This document shows, piece after piece, positions 17,911-25,202 of a DNA stretch of 43,784 bases (its first letter is position 1; the number at the start of each line of letters is the position of its first letter). The stretch is from NCBI GenBank assembly GCA_964455505.1, contig CAYVWM010000001.1, positions 1-43,784 of the forward strand, written 5' to 3'. A program made the translations under genes and the position numbers. Origin of the DNA: an uncultured Anaerolineaceae bacterium (lineage in GTDB: Bacteria; Chloroflexota; Anaerolineae; Anaerolineales; Anaerolineaceae). The notes beneath the pieces were generated by a model. That model saw only the letters and a program-made list of their open reading frames with translations, did no database searches and had not been told where the DNA came from.

Positions 17911-19455
17911 ATGACCCAGGAAGATCCCCGATTACAACAACTAAAGACCCTCAAGGAGGCTGCGCTGTTAGGGGGCGGTCAGGAGCGCATTGATAAGCAG
18001 CATGCCAAGGGTAGTTTAACTGCCCGGGAACGTATCGATCTACTCCTTGACCCAGGCAGTTTCCGGGAATTCGAAAGTCTGGCCATTCAACAAGTAGACC
18101 CGCAGGATAGCAGCACCCTGGGCGACGGGGTCGTAACCGGATATGGGAAGGTAAACGGCAGGACAGTTTATGTGTATGCCCAGGATTTCACCGTTCAAGG
18201 CGGTGCGCTGGGCGAAACACACAGCAGAAAAATCTGCCGTGTGATGGATTTGGCCGTGAAGACGGGCAATCCCATTATCGGCATGATTGACTCCGGCGGC
18301 GCCAGGATACAAGAAGGCGTCAAGAGTCTTGGCGGTTACGCAGAAATATTTCGTCGGAATGCCCAGTATTCAGGTGTTGTTCCACAAATCAGCCTTATCA
18401 TGGGCCCATGTGCTGGCGGCGCTGCTTACTCCCCGGCTGTCACCGACCTGATCATCATGGTCAGGAAGCAATCCTATATGTTCCTCACTGGTCCGCAGGT
18501 GATCAAAACGGTCACTGGCGAGGATATCGACTTTGAGTCTCTGGGAGGTGCGGATGTTCACCTTTCTCTCAGCGGTACAGCGCATCTTGTGGGTGAAGAT
18601 GAACGCCAGGCAATCGCACTCTGCCGCAGCGCGCTCGGTTATTTGCCGCCAAACTGCATTGATCCCCTTCCTGTCACTGAAAACACCGATGATCCAGCCC
18701 GAAGGGCTGAAATCTTGAATACGATCGTGCCAATGGATCCGACAACGCCTTACTCCATGCATGAGGTGATTAACCAGGTTGTCGATTTGGGATCTTTCTT
18801 GGAGTTGATGAGCGGTTTTGCCCAGAACGCAATTATTGGCTTTGCCCGCCTGAATGGAAAACCGGTAGGAATTGTTTCTCAGGAACCAGCTGTTATGGCT
18901 GGCGTGATGGATATTGACTCTGCCGACAAGATCAGCCGCATGGTGCGCCTTTGCGATGCTTTTAACGTCCCGCTGGTCACCTTTGTGGATTCACCTGGAT
19001 TCCTGCCGGGCGTAAACCAGGAACACGGCGGTGTAATCCGTCACGGTGCCAAAGTGCTGTATGCCTATTCGGTAGCAACTGTTCCCAAGGTCAGTTTGGT
19101 CACACGCAAGGCTTATGGTGGGGCGTATGTGGTGATGAGCAGTAAATTCCTTGGAACGGATATCACTTATGCCTGGCCCAGTGCGGAAATTGCGGTGATG
19201 GGCGCTGAGGGGGCCGCCAATATTTTATACCGCAAGCAGATCAGCAGTGCAGAAGATCCACAGGCAGAACGTCAGCGCCTGGTGGAAGACTACCGCCAGA
19301 AATATCTTACGCCTTATGCGGCAGCCAATGCCGGTTATGTTGATGAAGTCATAGAGCCAGCCGAAACACGGCGAAAATTGATTGAAGCATTAGACGCTAT
19401 TGCCAACAAAGTTGAAAATCTACCTGGGCGGAAACACGGCAATATGCCGGTATAG
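17911..19455 (+). CDS. mmdA: Methylmalonyl-CoA decarboxylase alpha subunit (acyl-CoA carboxyltransferase, PccB/12S family)
   Basis: 514 aa. The carboxyltransferase-family sequence (RERIDLLLDPGSFREF, GGARIQEG, GPCAGGAAYSPA, RKAYGGAYVVM) is present. Genes for OadG-like, biotin-carrier and Na+-pump beta subunits follow. RBS AAGGAGA. Confidence 0.85.
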   Translation: MTQEDPRLQQLKTLKEAALLGGGQERIDKQHAKGSLTARERIDLLLDPGSFREFESLAIQQVDPQDSSTLGDGVVTGYGKVNGRTVYVYAQDFTVQGGALGETHSRKICRVMDLAVKTGNPIIGMIDSGGARIQEGVKSLGGYAEIFRRNAQYSGVVPQISLIMGPCAGGAAYSPAVTDLIIMVRKQSYMFLTGPQVIKTVTGEDIDFESLGGADVHLSLSGTAHLVGEDERQAIALCRSALGYLPPNCIDPLPVTENTDDPARRAEILNTIVPMDPTTPYSMHEVINQVVDLGSFLELMSGFAQNAIIGFARLNGKPVGIVSQEPAVMAGVMDIDSADKISRMVRLCDAFNVPLVTFVDSPGFLPGVNQEHGGVIRHGAKVLYAYSVATVPKVSLVTRKAYGGAYVVMSSKFLGTDITYAWPSAEIAVMGAEGAANILYRKQISSAEDPQAERQRLVEDYRQKYLTPYAAANAGYVDEVIEPAETRRKLIEALDAIANKVENLPGRKHGNMPV

Positions 19456-19464
19456 GGAGGAGAT

Positions 19465-19815
19465 ATGTCCGATTTATTTTTACAGGGTCTGATGATAACC
19501 GGTCTGGGAATGGGGTTGGTATTCATCATGATCGTTGCATTGTGGGGAATTATGGTGCTTTTGGTGCGCCTCACAAACCAGGAAAAACCCATTCCAACGT
19601 CGCAGGAAGTGTTAGAAAAACAAGACATACCTGAGCCCACTACGCCCAACGATAATAAGAAACGTGCCGCTGCTGCAGCAGTGGCCTATGCGCTTAGTTT
19701 TCGGCGGGAAACCGATAAATTCACAGGAAATGCAGCGCAGACCCAGAGCCAATGGACGAGCGTTGGCAAGCTTCAGCAAACTTTGAAACATTCATCCAGA
19801 GAGAGACGACCATGA
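19465..19815 (+). CDS. OadG/MmdD-like small membrane subunit of a Na+-translocating decarboxylase
   Basis: The N-terminal TM helix LFLQGLMITGLGMGLVFIMIVALWGIMVLL is typical of the OadG family. RBS GGGAGGAG. The stop overlaps the next start in an ATGA arrangement. Confidence 0.7.
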   Translation: MSDLFLQGLMITGLGMGLVFIMIVALWGIMVLLVRLTNQEKPIPTSQEVLEKQDIPEPTTPNDNKKRAAAAAVAYALSFRRETDKFTGNAAQTQSQWTSVGKLQQTLKHSSRERRP

Positions 19816-20240
19816 TCATTAATGTAGAAGTAGATGGCAATACCTACGCAGTATCGATTACAGATATTCACTCCCGCCCAATCCTTGCTGAGATAGATGG
19901 CGAAGTCTTCAAGGTATGGCCGCAAGAGAATTCGGGTGTGGTACAGCCTGAAATTGAACACAAAGCGCAAGCGAACCCAATCCCAATAGTAACCGGTACA
20001 AGTACTGAAGTTTTTACCCAGAGCACTTCAAGTGTGACCGCCCCATTGCCGGGGGTGATCCTTTCCATTGATGTACGCGTTGGGGAAACCATCAATGTGG
20101 GACAGCCCCTGTGTACGCTGGAAGCCATGAAGATGAAAAATGCTATCCGTTCAAACCGGGAAGGTGTGATTGCAGGCGTACATGTGGCCAACGGCGATCT
20201 GGTTAAACATGGGCAGACACTGTTCACTTTCAAGGAGTAA
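19812..20240 (+). CDS. Biotin carboxyl carrier subunit (MmdC/OadA-C-terminal type biotinyl domain)
   Basis: Biotinylation motif CTLEAMKMKNAI, with the EAMKM codons at 20121-20135. ATG at 19812 overlaps the upstream stop. The ORF-track start at 19752 lies inside the previous gene. Confidence 0.85.
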   Translation: MIINVEVDGNTYAVSITDIHSRPILAEIDGEVFKVWPQENSGVVQPEIEHKAQANPIPIVTGTSTEVFTQSTSSVTAPLPGVILSIDVRVGETINVGQPLCTLEAMKMKNAIRSNREGVIAGVHVANGDLVKHGQTLFTFKE

Positions 20241-20251
20241 GGGAGCAACAC

Positions 20252-21370
20252 ATGGATTTTTCTCTTTTACTCGCGGAATTAAGCAAAGGTTTTGAAAATT
20301 TTACCTGGGGAAACGCAGCCATGCTTGTCCTTGGGCTTGTGCTGATCTATCTGGCCATCTGGAAAGAATACGAACCGGTATTGCTCCTGCCCATTGGCTT
20401 TGGATGCCTGATGGCTAACCTGGGCATGTCGAATGAAGTCGGGTTTATGAAGGTTATTTACGATGCAGGCATAAAAACGGAAATTTTCCCCCTGGTCATT
20501 TTTATTGGGGTGGGTGCGATGATCGATTTCAGCCCACTGCTTTCCCAGCCAAGCCTTGTGCTTCTGGGTGCGGCAGGTCAATTTGGGATCTATGCTACCC
20601 TGCTTCTGGCAATTTTGCTGCGATTTCCACTTAATCAGGCAGCCTCAATCGGTGTGATTGGCGCTATCGACGGACCAACGGCCATCTTTGTGGGCAGCAA
20701 ATTAGCACCTGAAATCATTGCACCGATTGCAGTAGCGGCTTACTCTTACATGAGCCTTATCCCCATTATTCAACCGCCCATTATGCGCCTGATGACCACG
20801 CGAAAGGAACGTCTCATCCGCATGGAGTATGCTCCCAAACCAGTCTCGCGTCTGACATTGGTTGCCTTTCCCATTCTCGTAACCCTCCTGGTTGCGCTGG
20901 TTGCACCGGACGCAGCACCACTCATGGCTGCCCTGATGCTGGGGAACCTGCTGCGAGAGGCTTTGGTAGTCGATCGGCTGAGTAAGATGGCGCAGAACGA
21001 ACTCATCAATATTGCCACACTCTTTCTGGGTTTGGCGATCGGTTCAACCATGACTGCTCAAAGTTTTCTGAATTGGAAAACCCTGGCAATCCTGGCGCTG
21101 GGCTTGCTGGCTTTTGTTATTGATACTGTTGCCGGCCTTCTGTTTGGAAAATTGATGGCCGCAGTGACACACGGCAAGGTGAACCCGCTGATCGGGGCTT
21201 GCGGGATCAGTGCTTTTCCGATGGCTGGGCGTCTTTCTGCGAAAATGGCACTTGAGGAAGACAGTTCAAACTATATCCTGATGCATGCTATGGGTTCCAA
21301 TACTGCGGGTCAGTTAGGCAGTGTGATAGCAGGCGGATTGCTTCTGGCGTTGGTGAGCGGGTTACATTAA
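20252..21370 (+). CDS. mmdB: Sodium ion-translocating decarboxylase beta subunit (OadB/MmdB/GcdB family)
   Basis: 372-aa polytopic membrane protein with the family-typical sequence (LLLPIGFG...MANLG, GAIDGPTAIF, GISAFPMAGR, NTAGQLGSV). Confidence 0.85.
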   Translation: MDFSLLLAELSKGFENFTWGNAAMLVLGLVLIYLAIWKEYEPVLLLPIGFGCLMANLGMSNEVGFMKVIYDAGIKTEIFPLVIFIGVGAMIDFSPLLSQPSLVLLGAAGQFGIYATLLLAILLRFPLNQAASIGVIGAIDGPTAIFVGSKLAPEIIAPIAVAAYSYMSLIPIIQPPIMRLMTTRKERLIRMEYAPKPVSRLTLVAFPILVTLLVALVAPDAAPLMAALMLGNLLREALVVDRLSKMAQNELINIATLFLGLAIGSTMTAQSFLNWKTLAILALGLLAFVIDTVAGLLFGKLMAAVTHGKVNPLIGACGISAFPMAGRLSAKMALEEDSSNYILMHAMGSNTAGQLGSVIAGGLLLALVSGLH

Positions 21371-21494
21371 ACAATGCGCTCCACAGCCTGCCTGTTACCC
21401 GGCTTTAGTTTGTATTCCGTTAATTCTGCACTGAGAAGGGTTGAGGAGTTTTAGGGGCGTAAGCGCATTCACGAACTGAATATGCTGATATGAA

Positions 21495-21524
21495 AACAGA
21501 ACTGATCTATGAGTCAGTTCTGTT
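21495..21524. terminator. Bidirectional terminator hairpin between convergent genes
   Basis: AACAGAACTGA (21495-21505) pairs perfectly with TCAGTTCTGTT (21514-21524). The flanks are GAAA on the left and TAT on the right. Confidence 0.6.
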
Positions 21525-21542
21525 TATAGGTTCTATAGGGCA

Positions 21543-22253
21543 TCATTCGATGTTCAGTTTATAGCCAACAGATCGTTCAGTCTTTATCAGCACCGGTTCA
21601 CGCGGGTTTACTTCAATTGCCTGGCGCAGCCAACTGATATGCACATCCAGAGTGCGGGTGTCTCCGGTATATTCTGTCTCCCAAGCCTTTTTGAATAAAT
21701 CACAGCGCTTGATTGTTTTTCCTGGTTTTTCCATCAACAACTTTAGCAATTGGGTGAGGCGTGGGGTGAGGTGGGTTTCTTTGTTATTGCAGCTTACCAT
21801 GTTGGATCGGGTGTTTAGTTCAATCGGACCGCACACAACCAGGTGTTTTTCTTCAATGGTCTGAAAGGCTTTTATCCGATTGATCAACTTTTGAATTGTG
21901 AATGGCAGGTGCAGGATAACATTGGCTTCCGCTGCTTCGAGATCGCTTTCTTCTGGATTCACGATGAGAATGATTGGGCAATCTGGCAGCCGATTTCGAA
22001 ATCGATTGACCATTCTCAGTCCGTTGGTTCGCAGTGAAGCGGCATTGATGATGACAATGTTAGGGAAAAATTCATCCAGCGCATGAAGACCTTCAGTACC
22101 ACTGCGCGTGAGCTGCACCTGATAGCCTTTTTTTGCAAGGTCGGATGCAAAGGCAAAATGGTTATTTCTCTTGCCTTCCACGCATAACACCTGGATATCT
22201 TCGTTGGCTATCAAACTGACCTTTCTCTTAAGCGATTGCTCCTGATGCAGCAA
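21543..22253 (-). CDS. OmpR/PhoB-family winged-helix regulator with a degenerate (pseudo-)receiver domain
   Basis: The C-terminal wHTH (LTPRLTQLLKLLMEKPGKTIKRCDLF...RTLDVHISWLRQAIE...ERSVGYKL) is present. The N-terminal CheY-like fold lacks its conserved residues: EG replaces the acidic pair, N70 (22044-22046) occupies the phospho-acceptor position in IVIINAAS, and LPF replaces KPF. The start is a TTG at 22253, or a TTG at 22214 preceded by GAGAAAGG. Confidence 0.75.
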   Translation of the reverse strand: MLHQEQSLKRKVSLIANEDIQVLCVEGKRNNHFAFASDLAKKGYQVQLTRSGTEGLHALDEFFPNIVIINAASLRTNGLRMVNRFRNRLPDCPIILIVNPEESDLEAAEANVILHLPFTIQKLINRIKAFQTIEEKHLVVCGPIELNTRSNMVSCNNKETHLTPRLTQLLKLLMEKPGKTIKRCDLFKKAWETEYTGDTRTLDVHISWLRQAIEVNPREPVLIKTERSVGYKLNIE

Positions 22254-22459
22254 GGGGCATTTCTGACAATATAATTATACAACCGGTTAGTCTTTAGAAC
22301 GCCCCCATTTTGATTGTTAAAGAATAACATCAAAAAGCGGATTTATTGATCCTATTATATGCGATTACAAAATGTGTGGGGTGCATTTTTTGCTGTTCTT
22401 TCTATTTACGTTATGAAAAATTAACAAATGATGGATTTTCTTAAAACACCCATTTTGTA

Positions 22460-22488
22460 TTGGAACTGATGCTTTGGCGTGTTAGAAT
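22460..22488 (+). promoter_or_regulatory. Sigma-70-type promoter upstream of the nuclease-dnaB cluster
   Basis: TTGGAA (22460-22465), a 17-nt spacer, then TAGAAT (22483-22488). It lies about 40 nt upstream of the first start codon. Confidence 0.5.
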
Positions 22489-22527
22489 CAGAATAGAAGG
22501 CAACAAAAACAGGTGTAATGAGATAGC

Positions 22528-23097
22528 ATGAGCGCAATGAAAGAATGTTTAATCAACAGTGTACGCGTCAGTTTGGTGAATCAGGAACGGATTGTTGTTC
22601 TGAAAGAGAAAGAGGATGAGCGGTATTTGCCTATTTGGATTGGTTTGTACGAATTTGAGGCTATTACGATTGCACTGCAAAAAATTGAAGTTGCCAGACC
22701 GCTCACCCATGACCTGATGAAAAATGTACTTGGGCTTCTTGAAGGGCAATTGCTCTACATTGAGATCACCGCATTGGAATCCGATACCTACTATGCGAAT
22801 CTGGTTATTGAGCAAGCTGACAGCCAGAAACGTATTGACTGCCGCCCATCAGACGCTATTGCTTTGGTCGTGCGTACGGGTGTGCCGATCTTTGTTGCCG
22901 CCGAAGTTCTGGACAAGGCAGCTATCCGACCGGAAGAAGAAACTATGGAAAGTGACTTGGAGGCTTTTGAATCTGAGCCTGAAGAAGCGCAGCCGGACCT
23001 TTCCATTTTTGAGGACTTTTTAGGGAAATTGGGTAACCCGGACGACGATCAAGGAACAGAAGGTCCGCAGGATCCCGCTCAGGATCCTTCAAACTGA
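22528..23097 (+). CDS. Bifunctional nuclease family protein (BFN/DUF151) with an acidic C-terminal tail
   Basis: LPIWIGLYEFEAITIALQ...ARPLTHDLM...YYANLVI...IDCRPSDAIALVVRTGVPIFV matches the BFN domain pattern. The last 55 or so residues are D/E-rich. Confidence 0.8.
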   Translation: MSAMKECLINSVRVSLVNQERIVVLKEKEDERYLPIWIGLYEFEAITIALQKIEVARPLTHDLMKNVLGLLEGQLLYIEITALESDTYYANLVIEQADSQKRIDCRPSDAIALVVRTGVPIFVAAEVLDKAAIRPEEETMESDLEAFESEPEEAQPDLSIFEDFLGKLGNPDDDQGTEGPQDPAQDPSN

Positions 23098-23135
23098 TTT
23101 CATTCCTGCCTCTAAAAAACGTATTGGGAGCGCAT

Positions 23136-24494
23136 ATGAGCGATCAAGAAAATTATTCGACAACCGCTGATCTTTCTGCCGGGCAATTATTTGACCGCGA
23201 TATGGAGGAAGCCCTGATTGGCGCAGTACTCATCAATCCAGATGTTTTCCTGGATGTGGGCGCAATTCTAAAACCGGAAGATTTTTATTTGAACCGCCAT
23301 CAATGGATATGGGAGGCTTACCAGATTCTCATTTCTGCCAACCAGGCTGTAGATTTTCTTACGCTTAAACAGGAACTTGAATCGCGCGGTCGTTTGGCAG
23401 ATGTCGGTGGGATGGAATACCTGGCAGGTTTAGCCAACCAGGTGCCTTCATCGCTGCATGCTGAAGCGTATGCCCGCAATATCAATGCGCTTGCGGTTCG
23501 CCGCCGTCTGTTGGCTTCTGCCAATGAAATTGCCAAACTTGCATACCGCAAGGACTATGCCGTTGATACTGTCATTGATGAAGCGGAACAATCCATTTTT
23601 GGGGTTAGTCAGGACCGCTACCAGCACGATCTTGAGTCCATTGGTGTGATCGCAGATGAGTATTTCCTGCGCTTATCTGAAATGACTATGGAACCTGAAG
23701 CGACGAGCGGTCTGGAAACGGGTTTGTCTACTGTCGACAAGGTTCTGGATGGCTTGCACAAATCAGATTTTATTATCGTTGCAGGTAGGCCTGGTATGGG
23801 TAAGACGGGTTTTCTGATCGGCATTATGAAGCATGTCGGTTTGAACCTGAAGCGTAGTGTTGCTATGTTTTCGCTGGAAATGTCTTCTGAGCAGCTTCTG
23901 CAGAGACTTCTGGCGCAAGAAACCCAGATCGACTCACAAAAGTTGCGGTCTGCCAGGTTGGATGATACCGAATACCAGCGTGTTTCCAATGCCTTGAGTG
24001 TACTGCGGGATGCACATATTTTTATTGATGATACCCCAGCCATCACACCGCTCCAGATCCGCACAAAATGCCGTCGTTTGCAGATGGAACACGGTCTCGA
24101 TCTGGTCATTGTGGACTACCTGCAGTTGATGTCTGCTGAAGTTCGAACGGATAACCGCGTTCAGGAAGTTTCCTACATTTCCCGGTATCTCAAAGTGCTG
24201 GCACGTGAACTAAATGTGCCGGTATTGGCTGCTGCCCAACTTTCGCGTGCGGTTGAACAGCGCCAGGACAAACAACCGGTGCTTTCCGACTTGCGTGAGT
24301 CGGGCAGTTTGGAACAGGATGCGGACATTGTGATGTTCATCAATCGGCCGGAACAGATGAATGAAGCCAGCCCACTGCACAACATAGCAAAACTTGCTGT
24401 TGCAAAACATCGGAATGGTCCTACCCATAGTGGTATAGACCTGGTATTCATAGAAAAAATAGCGACTTTCAGAGACAAGTATCTTGGAAATTAA
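23136..24494 (+). CDS. dnaB: Replicative DNA helicase DnaB
   Basis: N-terminal domain (EEALIGAVLINPDVF...), Walker A GRPGMGKTGF, Walker B LVIVDYLQLM, and AQLSRAVEQR / RESGSLEQDADIV motifs. ATG at 23136 is preceded by GGGAG. No intein is present. Confidence 0.93.
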   Translation: MSDQENYSTTADLSAGQLFDRDMEEALIGAVLINPDVFLDVGAILKPEDFYLNRHQWIWEAYQILISANQAVDFLTLKQELESRGRLADVGGMEYLAGLANQVPSSLHAEAYARNINALAVRRRLLASANEIAKLAYRKDYAVDTVIDEAEQSIFGVSQDRYQHDLESIGVIADEYFLRLSEMTMEPEATSGLETGLSTVDKVLDGLHKSDFIIVAGRPGMGKTGFLIGIMKHVGLNLKRSVAMFSLEMSSEQLLQRLLAQETQIDSQKLRSARLDDTEYQRVSNALSVLRDAHIFIDDTPAITPLQIRTKCRRLQMEHGLDLVIVDYLQLMSAEVRTDNRVQEVSYISRYLKVLARELNVPVLAAAQLSRAVEQRQDKQPVLSDLRESGSLEQDADIVMFINRPEQMNEASPLHNIAKLAVAKHRNGPTHSGIDLVFIEKIATFRDKYLGN

Positions 24495-24506
24495 TTTTTT
24501 CTATAA

Positions 24507-25202
24507 ATGACACTGCAACCAATGAACACAGGTTTCTCTTCTGATCAAACACTTAACCTAAATATCCCCGCCGATTTTTTGGGTAAGGTCATGGCATCTG
24601 AACTACCGGCTGATGCCGTTATTATTTTGCTTGCTTTTTATGAAGTGCTCGGGAACCAGGAAACACCAGCCCAGGCTGTACAGGAATCACTTCTCAGAGC
24701 CACTTTACAGACAGAAGGCTTTCCACCTGACCCTGACCGCATAGTGACTGCCATAGAAACGGTTGTTGAAAAGGGTTTTTTGATGCGCTGGGAGACACCA
24801 GGGATAGAAGATTGCATTCTGATTCCCTCTACGCCTTATGGGATGACCATAGTTGTGGGTTTGCAGGAGGGCAGAATAAAGGCGGATCAGATACCGCTTG
24901 CTGGGCAGGTGCCCATTCCAGAAAGGCCCAACATTTACAAATTGTATGAAGCCAACATCGGTCCGCTCACCCCGATTATTGCAGCCATGCTGGATGAAGA
25001 TGCCCGCACCTATCCCTTGGAATGGATCCAGGATGCGCTGAGCGAGGCGGCTGAGCATAATGTCCGAAATTGGAAGTATGTTCGGGCAATATTAAAGATG
25101 TGGAGGGAAAAAGGACGTGGCGGAAAAAATGAAACCAATAGGAGCGATCTTGAGTACTTTAGAGAACTCAGTAAAAAGTCACCCAAACGAAGGCCCAAAT
25201 AA
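24507..25202 (+). CDS. DnaD-domain (DnaD/DnaB_2, replisome-organizer type) protein
   Basis: The C-terminal part IYKLYEANIGPLTPIIAAMLDEDARTYPLEWIQDALSEAAEHNVRNWKYVRAILKMWREKG matches the DnaD C-terminal domain consensus (NIG.L.P...E.L..W........I..A..EA.....RNW.Y...IL..W...G). The tail is basic. Confidence 0.8.
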   Translation: MTLQPMNTGFSSDQTLNLNIPADFLGKVMASELPADAVIILLAFYEVLGNQETPAQAVQESLLRATLQTEGFPPDPDRIVTAIETVVEKGFLMRWETPGIEDCILIPSTPYGMTIVVGLQEGRIKADQIPLAGQVPIPERPNIYKLYEANIGPLTPIIAAMLDEDARTYPLEWIQDALSEAAEHNVRNWKYVRAILKMWREKGRGGKNETNRSDLEYFRELSKKSPKRRPK

